DNA from: Azolla caroliniana
Taxonomy: Eukaryota > Plantae > Polypodiophyta
Assembly (NCBI GenBank): GCA_043228905.1
Contig: JBHGNT010000003.1
Coordinates: 26,223,304-26,287,303 of the forward strand
Length of the DNA stretch: 64,000 bases
Reading direction: 5' to 3'
Under the pieces are notes generated by a model that saw nothing but the letters and a program-made list of their open reading frames with translations, had not been told where the DNA came from and did no database searches. Shown piece after piece: positions 11,870 through 25,300 of the stretch (position 1 is its first letter; the number at the start of each line of letters is the position of its first letter). The translations under genes and the position numbers were made by a program.

Positions 11870-14255
11870 GAAAGATAATTGATGCTCTTCTAAATCCTTC
11901 TTCAAAAGGTTGCATCTAATACACCAAAAGGAATCCATTCAGTTCATCAAAATTGGTGATGGTTTGTGGACTACAAACCAACTTGACATAGCCAAGGAAT
12001 GTGTAACTCACTTCCCTCGCATCTTTGAGAACAATGTAATTGTTACATATGTAGTTAAACATGCCAAAGATACATTCTTGTCTATTGTTCACCCCACTAT
12101 TTGTGCTAATAAAGCTATTGCTTTGGATGCAACATTCACAATGGAGAAGCATTCGGAGGCCATAATGGACAAACTAATGGGATTTTGTGGAAGCCTAAAC
12201 CCTTTGACACAATCCAATGGGATTTTGTGGAAACCACAATGGTCAAACTAGGATTTGGCCCAAAAATGTCTCTCAAGTAATGCATTATTGATAGTGATTT
12301 GACAAATTCACAGAGCTTAGCCAAATCAATACGAAAAAGGTTGTTCTATAAGTGCATTGTTGTATGCAATTGCAACTCATCCTCTGTTATTGTACATGAA
12401 TCATCTAATATCAATTAGTCAACTTCACGGTTTGAAAATGAAAGACATATATGATTTTGTGGCTCATACATATGCAGATGATACATCATTCATGTCACAT
12501 AACAATGCACATGATATTAGAGTGATTATAGATGCCCTCAAATTGTATGGATTAGTTGTTGGACTACATGTTGACTTCGGCAAGTTCAAACTCCTACCCT
12601 TGACACCATATAGTTGCCATCAACTTTTGTGGCCAGGCCAAGTTGTTAGTGCAAATGAAATTGTTAGATACCTTGGCTATCTATTGGGACGAAATGCAAC
12701 AGGGCAATGAAAGCTTGAATGGGTTCTGCAAAAAGTGAGACAAAAGTTAAGCTATTGGAAGATTGCAACATGATTGCTCCATGTCAAATTGAGGATAGTG
12801 TGTTCTATATTCATGGCTTACATGTAGTATTACTTAATTATGATTGATTGGCCAAAACATGTGATACAAAAGATTAACTTATAAATCATAAGAAGCGTTT
12901 GGTGCTCTAAGCAGTCACATAGAGGTGTACAAACCTTATCACAAAGAGAAGATATGCACTCCACAACTATGTGGATGAGTGAATATTCTTAATTTTTAGT
13001 TGCATATGTTGGCTAGGAAAGTAACTTTACTGTCAAATTTTGTTGAACAAACATTGCCTTAGGCAAGAATGCTATAAGATATGTTTGATAATTTGAAAAC
13101 TAAGTAACCATTGGGACGTAGTGTTTGGAAAGCTTGACGGGCACATCAAAGAATGTTCGTTTAGGTCAAAGCTTCTAAATCATTGGAAGGAAGTATTGCA
13201 TGACATAAAATGGAGAGGTAGGAATTCAAAATCACGGAACTCTCGACGCCTCGAAAGCTTACATTGGAGTGCTATATTCCCATGGTCACTAGCTGAACAA
13301 GAGCATAGAAAAGCTTATTTTTTACCAAAGAAGGGGTTGAAATCAATTGCAAATAAATGACTAAGGTCGCGTATTAGGCTTCAATGACATGACATGTCGT
13401 TATAGCCTTGGGCCACATCATCGAGTTATATCGAATCGAGTCACAAAGTTGGTAATTTCATTAGTACTTGTGCCCTCTCTAGACGGAGATCACAAGATTC
13501 ATTATTGGATGTTATAGAAAGAAGACATTGTTATTCCAATGGATAAGATTACAACACATTTACTGTATAGGTTGTTGCAACTTGCCTCGTGGTTTCAAGA
13601 ACATTCAAATGCATTGTGGCACCTACACAAAACATAATCCTGGTGGAAAAACAAGCTTACAAGCTTATGGAGCTCTAATCTTCCACTTAAGCAACAAGTA
13701 TTCCTATGGAGATGCCTATTGGGTGTGCTCCCGACTGGGTTGAATCTTCAAAAGAGATCGATAGCCTCACCACATTGTTCACAATGTGGTGGATGATAAA
13801 AAACAATCCCATGCTTATTATGGACGTGCTCATTCACTATAACATTTGTACAAAGACTACGTGCATCTCTTTCTCACATATTTCCTTGCCAAAGGTTTGG
13901 GAAGCACTTTTGGCTATTTGGACATATTCAGTGTGCCCTATCCAACAATGCCTATTTTGTCCAACGAACAAGATTTTGGGCACTCTAGACCATCTATCTG
14001 GACGACCCACAATAATAAGGTCTTTAATTGAAACCAATTGCATGAAGTTAGCTTCTTTAAGCAATCCCTCGGGCAATCTCTGTTTGATTATCTGCAACTT
14101 AGAGGCATCACATTGCAAATTTACACTCTTTACTTTGAGTGCTTCTAAGCTCTTTAGTGTCTAATTGACACTTGTATACTTCTCTTTATTCTTTGCGGGT
14201 TTTCACTTCACATTGAGGTTTCCCAACAATAATAAAAGTGTTACTAAAAAAAAAA
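11870..14255 (+). mobile_element. Degenerate, 5'-truncated L1-like LINE
   Basis: RT remnants LYAIATHPLL...HTYADDTSF...VRYLGYLLG (12357-12710), many stops, AATAAA at 14231 and an A10 tail at 14246-14255. The 5' boundary is approximate. Confidence 0.8.
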
Positions 14256-14953
14256 GACAATGGGGTTTACGCTTAGGCCAAGAACCAAGTTAGAAGTTCA
14301 CCCCAGGCCAAATGGTTCACTATAGAATAAAGGCATTCGATGGCGACTATTAAATGACTAAAATTTGAAAACTTATTTCATGTCATCGAACAAATGCTCG
14401 ATGACATTGGAGCCTTGTCGAGATCACTTTTAAAAGTATGTTTCAAGCAAAGCAAATGAGTTCATATCATTGAAACCCTGATGTATAAAGAACAATGTGG
14501 CTGAATAACTACAACCTCAAAGTATGTGCTGACCACCAACAACTTGTTATCCTATTGATATCATGTGAAAAGCATGCATGAAGTATAAAGATTGTCTACG
14601 CTTAAAATCATAACACTCGCTATGTTGGAAAAGCAACGAGTGGGCTTTTAAACACGTTTTCCGCAAACTCCACATGATGCAATACTTGGATAAACTCATT
14701 CATTACACAAACGTGTAAGGTTTGATGAGCCACGAGTGTAGAGAAATAAATAAGAGGAGTTGAGGCAAAAGGACACCTCGGCCCACAATACATACGGATA
14801 CATATAATAAAGAAGCATTCATGAAAGCCATAAAAACTTAGTAGCATTGGTCCATTCGTCTCAATTCAACCATTGCCACATATTTTGCTTTTGCAAATTG
14901 CATACATATTGAGTGACCCATGCTAGTAACCGGTAGGTTCAATCAAGTGAGGC

Positions 14954-14963
14954 TCTCTCTCTG

Positions 14964-15013
<50 letters not shown>
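14954..15013. repeat. Compound (CT)n(CA)n microsatellite just upstream of the GNAT start
   Basis: Seen directly. Confidence 0.9.
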
Positions 15014-15021
<8 letters not shown>

Positions 15022-15056
15022 CGCACACACCCACCCCTGACGTTCTGTAGCGATCC

Positions 15057-18000
15057 ATGGAGTTCAAGCTTCGTCTAGCTGTCCCAGACGATGCGCCTTC
15101 TATGGGAAACATATGCCATCGAGCGTTCTTCCACTTCAACCAATCTGTGGGAATCCCGTTCACATCGATGCCTTGTGTGCTGAAAACTCCCAAGTAGGAG
15201 AAGATGATGATGGATTGATGGTCAATTTCATGAAACATGCCCTTACAGAATCTTCCACATATGGCCTTGTGGCGGTCTCTGAGAGCTCCGGTCAGATCCT
15301 GGGGGGCAGCCTCCTCCACTACTACGGTTTGTAATGCTTTTCTATTCGTTGATTTTGATGGCATATCTCTCTAGGTAACTGTCCGCTGTGTGTGAAAAGA
15401 GGGAGATTGATTGATCATTGTCTTTTAAAGGCGAGCATTGGGATATGAGACTAATCAGACATCCAAAAGTATATGTCTATCCACTTAGCAATTGGTAATG
15501 GTTGGGTTTGAGCTGAGCCGAACTCTGAAACTGTGTCTTAATGGCTTAACAAGCTCGTAGATAGCTTGAACCAATTGATTTTCAGTTTGAAAAGTCCTCA
15601 AATGGTTTGATTTGGATGGTTTTTGCTAAAGATTTCACGTTTTGGATTGGTGTTAGTCTCAAAAAATTTAAGCAGTTTAAGTTTGAGATTCCTGAACTGA
15701 ACTGAATTGAACCGAATTGTTGCTGATTACTATGTCCAGTATTGGGGACAGTACAAAAATCAACTCAAGAATGATAGCTAGAGAATGTGAGACATTCATA
15801 TGATCTAGTAGTACAAGGATGATGAGATGTAGCAGATCCCAAATATACCTAATGTCTATATAGCCAGGTTCAAACAATGAAAGACGATAGTGCAGCTAAA
15901 AGATTATAGCTATCTCCAGCCTGTAGCAACAGTTAAAGAATAGTGTAGGATAAAATGAATCCTTTTGAAGTATGGTAATATGTAGATATGTATAAAACTT
16001 TTCTGTTGCCATTTCAGTTCAGCACCTTCCAGGGCTGAAAAGTTTTGGTCTTGAAATGTCATAGGCTGAAATGTTTAACAATTCTAATTTGTCAAAGCTT
16101 CTGTGAGCAATGCCACTGGCCATATGGGGCTTTGAAAACCTGACATCTTAACTTCTATAAAAGGCCAAAATAATCTGAGACCAAAATAACAAGATGGATG
16201 TGGGGTGATAAACACGCATGATGCAAACATGAAATGATACATGAGGCGATGAAATATGATCACATTCATATACATATGCATGAGAAATGATGACACATGA
16301 TACTCGTGATACACGAGATATGCTCGGTTATTTTCATCCTATACTCATTCTCAGTTCTTTCCCTTAATGATGATGCACATACACATGTATATATAGTATA
16401 TACAATGTATGGTAGAGATAAGAAAATGTAAACTTACTATCCGCTACAGGCCAAGGTGGCATATGATACCAAAATTGCACACATGAGGGATTCAAGACAG
16501 GGAAGGAGAGGAAGAACATACCTCGTGATACATGGAAGATGGAACAATTTCCTAGTTGCGTATAACAATTTAAATATTTAGAGAGAGAGTATGCACATCT
16601 TGAAGGTTGCAAACAAGATCTTCTATAAGTGTATTAACGAGGACACATAACTCGTTTGCTAGGAGAAGGTGTTCATTCCATTGGTCCAGTGTTTGTGGAT
16701 CCTTTGAAGAGCAACCATGGGGTTGGGACGGCTATAGTTGCTGCAATTCGTGATCATGCACTCCATGTAGATAATGCGAGTTCAATTCGATTAGTGCAAG
16801 TAATTCTTATTCTCTATATACTAACATTTCAATGGTGTTAACTTCTCGTAACTTATACAAGAAAGTTCAATTGAAACAGCTGTCTTGATAGAAGTAAACT
16901 ATTCATGCTATGCTGAAGCAGAATTGATACTTTTATAAGAAACTTGGTATAATTATTAGATTACTTATTTGATAGGTCTACGTGAATATTGGGTAAGTTT
17001 AGATTGTGTTAATTAATATTGGTCCATGCTTTTGTCAATATTCTCTCTCGGTATTTTTTGTCATAACTGATCATTTCTGTAATCCTAATCTCATGATTGT
17101 GAATATAGATAGATTTGTGCATCAATAATGGTTTGTCTTGATCATGCAGGTTGCACATAACACAAAATCATTTTGCCTTTATGCTAAATTGGGGTTCAAC
17201 CCTGTGGAAATAATGAGCTATTTTGAAGGCCGTTTGGATGGAAACAAAGAGCATGCAGCTTGTGAACAGCTTGGGATACATACTCTGAATGGTAATCCTA
17301 ATCCTGCAAATTTCTATCAAGAATAAACAAGGGATTTAAAATTTCTTCAAAATCCTCTCCTTTTTGTTGATCTCTACGAGAATATTTCTAGCTTTTCAAA
17401 AGGCCTATTTGTATGAGTAGACACCAAGATTATCAGGGGGTTAAGGCTAGAAAAGACTCCAATGGCCCCATGGCCAATATGCCAACTTTAGCCTTACCTT
17501 ATTAACCTTAACTATGTAGTTATTTGAATGACCATAATCCTATTTCCTTGCCATGAATGATTATGCATTTTGTGTCAATTTATGGTGGCAGTTGTGTTTT
17601 TCATCTTGAGAGATGATTCCTAGAATTTTGATAAAAAGGGAACCTAGTATGGAACGTGTTAACTTTGTGCAAGGGGGGACACCATTTGGACAAAAATGGG
17701 CTGCTTTAAATTGAATACATCTTTTATTCTGTTGTACAGATGTTCAAGTTCTGCCAATGCAAGAATCCGATGTTCTTGCATGTGCCTCATTATTTGAGAG
17801 AATAATGGGTTACTGTCGAGAGTCAGAGATTAGACATGCCTTGGCTGATCAACCCTCACATGCTTGGGTTGCAGTTAAGAAGGATGCAGATGTTTTAATG
17901 TGAGTTTTAGGATTAAAATATAATTGATCCTCTCAATGCAAAGCAAGCATACTTTTGTTACAATGTATTGCTTCAACCTTCTAGGGCGTTTACCACCGGA

Positions 18001-18629
18001 TTTACTATGTACGGTTTCTCAGTTGCTATCAATGAGGAAAACTTGGTGATGTTGTATCGACATGTGTCTAGTGAATGGCCTCATATAAGTTCAGCGCTTG
18101 ATCCAGCTGTACAAATTCCCTCTTATCTCCATCCAAAACTAGTTCGTTGGGCAGTCTCTTCTGGTTTGCAACTCATCAGGTATTAACAATTACCTCTTAT
18201 CTCCATCCAAAACCAGTTTGTTGGGCTTTCAACTCATCAGGTGTTAACAATATTGTTTGTGATGGATAAACAAAAAATAAAGATTCTCAAGTGATCTGTA
18301 GAAGGAAATTATATTATTTGGTTCAATGCTTTTGGAGAAATGATATCATTATCCAGTTTATGAAATAATATGTACATCTTTGCATATGACTATGGTGAAT
18401 GAGAGGGCATATGAATGAGGAAACTACATTTGGTGAATAAGTGAAGCATATGATCATTTTGGTCAATGTGTAGGTGTACGGTATTACATAAGACTGTTTC
18501 AAAACTTGCATATTGCTGAGAGACTTTAGTTTTGTATTTTGTTTTTACAGACACCAATGGTTAATGGTTCACGGAAGCTACAAGAGACCAGATGCTAACC
18601 TTGTATATTGTCCAGGGGTTCTGCATTAG
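15057..18629 (+). CDS. Tandem (double-domain) GNAT-family N-acetyltransferase, bacterial-like; 1-nt frameshift in exon 1 (possible pseudogene or assembly error)
   Basis: Exons 15057-15326, 16663-16799, 17150-17291, 17740-17899, 17985-18179 and 18551-18629, all GT-AG and phase-consistent downstream of the frameshift. Motifs: LRLAVPDDAPSMGNICHRAF, IGPVFVDPLKSNHGVGTAIV (acetyl-CoA motif A), IRLVQ/VAHNTKSFCLYAKLGF (motif B), second domain VLPMQESDVLACASL...AFTTGF...WLMVHGSYKRP...YCPGVLH*. Confidence 0.85.
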
Positions 18630-18655
18630 TGATACATTGGTTGAATACATAAAAT

Positions 18656-19100
18656 GTTGATGTAACTTTTACTCCTTTTCCCTTTTGTTCTATGTTGGAA
18701 GCATTCTGAAATAAATGGAGCTCTGGAGGCTGCTAATTGTTCTACAATGGTCTTCCTTGTGTGAGACAGGTGATCTAAGATGCAATTTGTTTTAGAATGT
18801 CTTGTGTGGGAATTTGAATGTTGTTTAGGTGATTTTCGGGAAAGAAAATAAACCCTAAACCAAAAATGCCCGATCATTTTTAAGGTTGATGTAAGTATTA
18901 CTCTTTTTCCCTTCAGTTTTATCTTGTATGTATTCTAAAATAAATGGAGCTCTAGAGGCTGATAGTTCTTCTAATGGGTTTCCTCATGAGAGGTGTGATT
19001 GAAGATGCAATTTGTATTAGAATGTGTTTACAGGAACTTGATTGTTGATTAGTTGTTATTCAGAAAAGGAAATAAATTCTAAACCAAATATGCCTGATTG
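18656..19100. repeat. Diverged tandem duplication (~230-bp unit x2) just downstream of the GNAT stop
   Basis: GTTGATGTAA...AAATAAATGGAGCTCT(G/A)GAGGCTG...AAGATGCAATTTGT...TAAACCAAA...TGCC occurs twice (from ~18656 and ~18885). Confidence 0.8.
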
Positions 19101-20272
19101 ATTTTTGTAGTTTTTGCAACATGAAGTCCCTAGCTATCAAATGCTATGATAATGCAAATATGACATTTGGGAATGAAAAATGTAGTGACATCATGACAAA
19201 TTAGTAGACTTAAAAAGAGTTGAAAAAACCTTGCACTTGAATGGAAAATGTTATGACCATCAACGATTATCAATCTTTTGTAACATTTTGCGATTGTTTG
19301 TAAAGATTTCACGATCAAGATTGCCATGTGTATATTAAATTCGTATTAAATTCGTACAAACGTGAATAGTGATTTCCTTGTGAGAAACATTAGTGAAGGT
19401 TTTGTATGTTGCGTCTTTTTAATTATTTGATCTTCTTGATTTGATTGGAATTTACATCTAAAGAAACATTTCTTATGAAAAACTGGGGGGTTTAATCCAC
19501 ATTGTTCGAACCCATAAGCACTAAGCAACACAAAGTAGTACTAACGAGCTTGAGTTATTATACTTCTCAGCTTCGCATAACATCTTTCTACAATAAGACT
19601 TATGGATTGAGTTAAAAGTGGTAGATCCTTATTCCAAACTGAGTTTGCATCAAAGATAGATCCTTAACATGCAAGCTAAATGCTTGAGCATGAGATGTTT
19701 TGGCTCAATGACACCATAACATTTTCTTGGATTTGCAAACCTCAAGTTTCAAAGCTGGAGACATTCAATACTTATTATTGGCATGTATGCCTAATCAATA
19801 CATCTAAAGGCATGAATGTTTGACATCTTACTCCAAAACATGTCAACAACTCTTCATTGCCTAATAGATATAGATGGCCTTGATGAGATGGATTATTTAA
19901 AGAATCAATGTGTTTGATTTGTAGTGGATTTCGTGTGATTAAGGTTGGTCTTGAACCACAAAAATTGAGTTACAAACATAGCTATTGTGGATCATAGATG
20001 AAACATTGTTTAGAGCTCCAATAGTTCTTCCACAATTGAATATGATAGATAGTTTTGGTTACATAATCCTTCTAAATGGAAGATGAAGGAGAAAACATGG
20101 TGGTAGAGAATCATAAATGGAAGAAAAATAACCAAATTCTCTTACATATTATGACCCACATTCAAAGCAGGCAACTTGAAGTTTGCTTTAATAAGAAATA
20201 AGGGCCTGGAAACTATTGCATACATTATTATACCTCCACCTAGCACCTATTGTTGTTATAAATGGCTAGTCT

Positions 20273-20925
20273 TGTTGCGACCTTATCTTGAGTTCTTGAA
20301 TCAAAGTTGTTTGAGATTATTTCTAATGTAAGCAAGAAATAAGGAAAGAAATGATATGTAGATAAGAGAAAGAGAAAGAAAGAAGGGTGTTGATCCACAT
20401 GACCAACCCCCGAGCAAAGGGATTGAGATGGACTTGAGCCTTTATCGGCGTCCCATACCACTATCATGGCATCAAGTTGTACCTAGCATTGGCATGCTCA
20501 CTACAAGAGTCTGTTCACCAAAAGGTCACAGTCTTGATGTAGTCAAATCATCCCCTAACGAGGGTAGCTAGGCCTCATATTTATAGCCAGACCTAGGACC
20601 TCCAAGCAAGTTCACGTTTTGCCCTTTATGGGTTGTCTCAATTCCTAGGATTAAAAGTAATCCTCCCTTCTTTACACTCTTGATTAACCCTCACACTTTA
20701 TCCTCATGTGTAGAATACTATGGTACAACTTACCACGGGATAAATTATGGTCATGCCTATAACAGAAGCCTTCATTTGATAATCCCCAAGGAACCCATTT
20801 ATTTTGCTACACTTTCCATTCAAGCCATTACATAGACACAAAAGTACCTCTAGCATTCATTAGACCCTAAAATCCTCCCTAGCGCATGCCTCATCAATTG
20901 GGTAGCTGAAATAAGGGGTCCCAAA
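20273..20925 (-). mobile_element. Possible degenerate solo LTR (gypsy-like termini)
   Basis: Minus strand begins near TTTGGGACCCCTTAT, contains CTATAAATA and ends GGTCGCAACA. No TSD found. Confidence 0.3.
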
Positions 20926-21048
20926 TTGTATGAGTAATTTGGTCTCACATGTGTTGGGTTCTAAACCCATGACTTGAGTTTCCCTTGCCAAGCTACATGA
21001 AATAGATTCTCATATATCCATAAAAAACATGGTAAACCAGAATGTGAA

Positions 21049-21112
21049 ACCCTCCAATTGTGCATGACATGACATTCTAGACCCTCCAATTGTGCATGAC
21101 ATGACATTCTAG
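21049..21112. repeat. Perfect 32-bp tandem duplication
   Basis: ACCCTCCAATTGTGCATGACATGACATTCTAG x2. Confidence 0.95.
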
Positions 21113-22353
21113 ACGCTCTGGATGACAAAGAATTGATCCTTTAGGACATCATTTAAGTACAAGATATGATGAATTGATAATGAGGCATCAATCGGCTCCA
21201 CAATTCTCTAGGTTACCTTGTCCTCGCAAGGTTTGTCTTAACCATTGTAGCATAGCCTACACAAGTAACAATAAGATGTTAAGTCTATGAGCTAATCAAA
21301 TGACATCATTACATAAACCTTTTCCATTGCAAATGTAAGGATGACATGGTATACATCTATGACCTTCCTAAATTGATTTTCAAAGAATACTAATCATTTA
21401 AATGTAAGGATGAATTGGTTTAGCAATTTCATTAGCTACTTTGTATTGCATGAACTCCTAATCAGATAATAGGCAAACTACTGCTAGAGCTATCTCTTAC
21501 CCTGGAGCCAAGGCAACGTATCATCTTACAAGCATCAAGAGAACAGAGTCAAGTTGGGTTTTCACTTGTTTGTTTACGAAAATATCAGAAAGAAGGCTTC
21601 TTATAATACTTTATTTCATATGTCACATTGCCCCCTAAACTTTCTCTTCACCTTCTTGGTTTTCACATTTATAATAGCTTAATATACCATATCTTTATCA
21701 CACTTTCAAAGAATGGAGATCTCTATTTTAAAATTAATCCTTCACAACCTGTCATCATTTTCGTTATTTTATTTCCTATATCACAGTTAATCATCACATT
21801 GCATTTGCAAACAAGAAGCTAGGAACAAAACATTAGTACACAACAAATAAGTGTTATTCCAACCCATCAGAATTCAAAAGGTTATCTTGTTGATCGTTAG
21901 TATTTCAGGACTGTTTTTTAATATGATACAATCCATCGACTTACATTCTCATCGACACTGGATTAAACACATCCCATCGTCTTTACTTCAGGTGGGGTAC
22001 TGATATACCACAACATAAATGAAAGCACGGTGATTAACATAATCAAGAATTAGTGTGCTCGTACACTGAGTCCAAACATAACACCTGTTCTCCAAGGAGA
22101 TTGCCCATGTGTGATTACCAACTGGGGTGTGCTTATACAGAAGTCCAAACAGAACATCCTTGCATTTGACATGAATGCTAGATTACCCCACAATCTAGAA
22201 ATTAAGATGTGCTTACGGAACATCCTTGGTTTTGACAGCACAAATGCTTTGATGACAATAAAGCATACCCAGAAAAAGCAGCTCAGCCTAGGAAGAAATT
22301 ACTGACTTAAATCTGAGTTCTTCCCACGGATAACAATCGGTGTTAAATGCAAG

Positions 22354-25300
22354 TCAGCTATCAGATGCCTTCAACTTGCGAGACCTCTTACTGCTGGGTG
22401 GTGATGGAGGCCCATCTGAGAATCTTACAGGAGCCTGGCAGAAAAAGATACATTGATGCTATGAAATATACTAAATACCCAATAATGTTGCAATAATATG
22501 GGTAGAATGACACTTTGAGCATATGCTTACCTTCCGCTTATGTTCTCGTTTGCCACTCCGTTCACCTGCCAAAAGCAGGCAGCATTGAGTAGGTTTGAAG
22601 TCATTCAAAAACAATTACAACTAAAAGCATATATATATCTCACCAGGAATGGTCTCTAGATCACTGCCAACTGTCCATGGACGATCACCATCAGCTGCAC
22701 GATGTGACCTCTGCAATAGTACTTGTTAATAGCAATTCTAATCATAGATTGACATATTCATATTCGTGGGGGTTACCAAATGAATGCATACGAATACGCA
22801 TACGAATGCATTGAAGAATATTCGTTTAAAAAGAAAGAAAAAAGAGTTCATAATGTCCCTACTTTTTAGTTTCTTAGATATATCATATAACAAAGAGGAC
22901 TTTGACAATAAAAGGTGATATTTTACTTCACATTAAAAAGGAGACTTAAACTAATAATATTTTTATAATAGATGTAAAACTTAAAAGTATTTGTTTTATT
23001 TTTAATATAAAATATAAAATAAATAAAAGGTTCATTAATTCCCCACTTTTTACTCTCCCACAAAATTTGATATTTTTATAAAAGGGGACCTCACACTAAT
23101 AATATTTTTATAATAGATATAAAATTTAAAAGTATTTGTTTTATTTTTTAATAAATAAACAAACAAATAATAAGTAAATCAAATAATAAGTAAATAAATA
23201 AACGGTTCATTGATTACCCACTTTTTACTCTCCCACAAAATTTGATATTTTTATCTGACATTAAAAAGGGTACCTCACACTAATAATATTTTTACAATAG
23301 ATGTAAAACTTAAAAGTATTTGTTTTATTTTTAATAAATAATAAATAATAAATAAAAGGTTCATTAATTCCTCACTTTTTACTCTCCCACAAAATTTGAT
23401 ATTTTTATTTGACATTAAAAAGGGAACCTCACACTAATAGATGTAAAAATATTTATTTTTTTAAATAACAAATAAATAAATAAACGAATGGTTCTTTGTA
23501 TTCTCGAATATTACGAAAATTTCGTATGGCGAATACCACGAATATCACACATGGGTCAATCTATGATTCTAATAATAATAAAAAGCTCATAGGCAGATGC
23601 AAAGGGGACGAAAAATGTTGCACGAGACCACACAGAAATGGTCATTTATATTATTTGTTTGTCTCTCATTGGGGAATGTTCCTTTGGTCATTTAGATTTA
23701 TTTGGTAGTATACATTTTAATGCATGCACCTTTTTGTTTCTCTCTGAGGAATGTTTTGATTCATTGATGAGGAAGAATTTTATCATATTCTATAAAAACC
23801 TGAACAAATGAGATGATCTGATATATTCCAAGCAAAGGCAGTCACTTTTCTCAGCTTCCATTACCTTAGGTGTGCTTGGTGTTGCTGGAATATCAGCATA
23901 AGGATTATCCCTTAGCATTGTAACCTCCGCTCCCCTCCATTGTAACTAAACACAGGCCAAGAATTGTAAATAGCACACATTGCTGTCCGACACAAACAGC
24001 ACAGAACTCCATCTTAATCTAAATACATTTCTGTCTTAAACCTTGAAAACGAGTAATACCTGCTTCTTCAAATTCAGCATTGTCAGCACCTCCTTCCGAA
24101 GTTCTAGATGTTCTGCACAAACTGCTTGTGTAGGAACCTTTGGCTTTGTCTGAACCTGACGTCATAAATTAGAGTGCAATCAAAAAACGGCATATGCAAC
24201 ACAGGATGTACAATGTACATAGAAGAAACAAATACCCCAAGTTCTTCAAGTGTCTGTTCAACACGTTTGGACAATCTTGCCCCACCAGGTGGTACAATTG
24301 AGTGCATCAATTGGGTCAATAATGTACCTCTTGTAAAGACACGAGGCTGCAAAGATAATTCAGATTATCAATATTACAACTGCTGCATCAACATTCTCAA
24401 ATAATGGAATTGTTCATTCAAATGTTGAGGTAAAAAATGGAACATTGCAATTTGCAATATCCAACTCATTAGAAAGATAATCGAATCTTCGAAATTAGAA
24501 AAGAGAAACAGAAGGATATGCATGCTACCAATAAAAAAGGAGCATCTACTATTCATAATAAAAACATAGCATTAACTATAGCTAAATGATGACTGGCATT
24601 TTGAGATACGCAGTCAAGCTCTTACATACTCTATTTACCTTTACATGTACACATGCAGATGTTATTGTAGAAGGTACGCAATGTGTTGTCTCATTTTGGT
24701 AAGGAAAAAATTAAACATTGAATCTCTATGTTCTAATTTCTGGCCAACAATCACAAGATGGGGAAAAGAGAAATAACCAATCGACTTCCATTCAGCGCTG
24801 TTACAAATGCTGATGTCAATGTAGGCATGGGTACTGCAGAAGGGCGGGGTGGGTGTACTGGTGAAGGAGATCCAGGTCTCGCAGGAGTGGATGGAGCTCT
24901 TTCAATAGCATCCATATCAGTAGCAATGCTAGAAGTGTCTGCATCGTTGATAATCTGTTTCTGGAAATTCTCAAAAGCAGCATATCTAAGTGATACATGT
25001 GACTTCATTAAAATAACTGAAAAGATACATCACACTATATATCTTTACCTTCATGAAGCGAGCCTCAGAGATGCGTTTAGCCTCAATCTAATTTAATTGA
25101 AATAATAAGAATTAAAAACAGTAAATAATATGTCCCTCTCTAACTGCATTGAATAGTGTTTAGCAGACACCTCAGCTTCCTCCCTTTCTTGCTGGCGTGA
25201 TTGAGACAAAACAGCTCCTAATGCACGTTTACGCTCTATTTCATGAGCTGCATTATATGATTCCTGCTAGATACAGATTTATTTTTTCCAATTATCAACA

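Noticed and set aside
22915-23460. Regularly spaced repeats as a CRISPR-like array
   Set aside because: Whole units repeat with no unique spacers, the context is a eukaryotic intron, and the array lies inside a TIR/TSD-bounded transposon.
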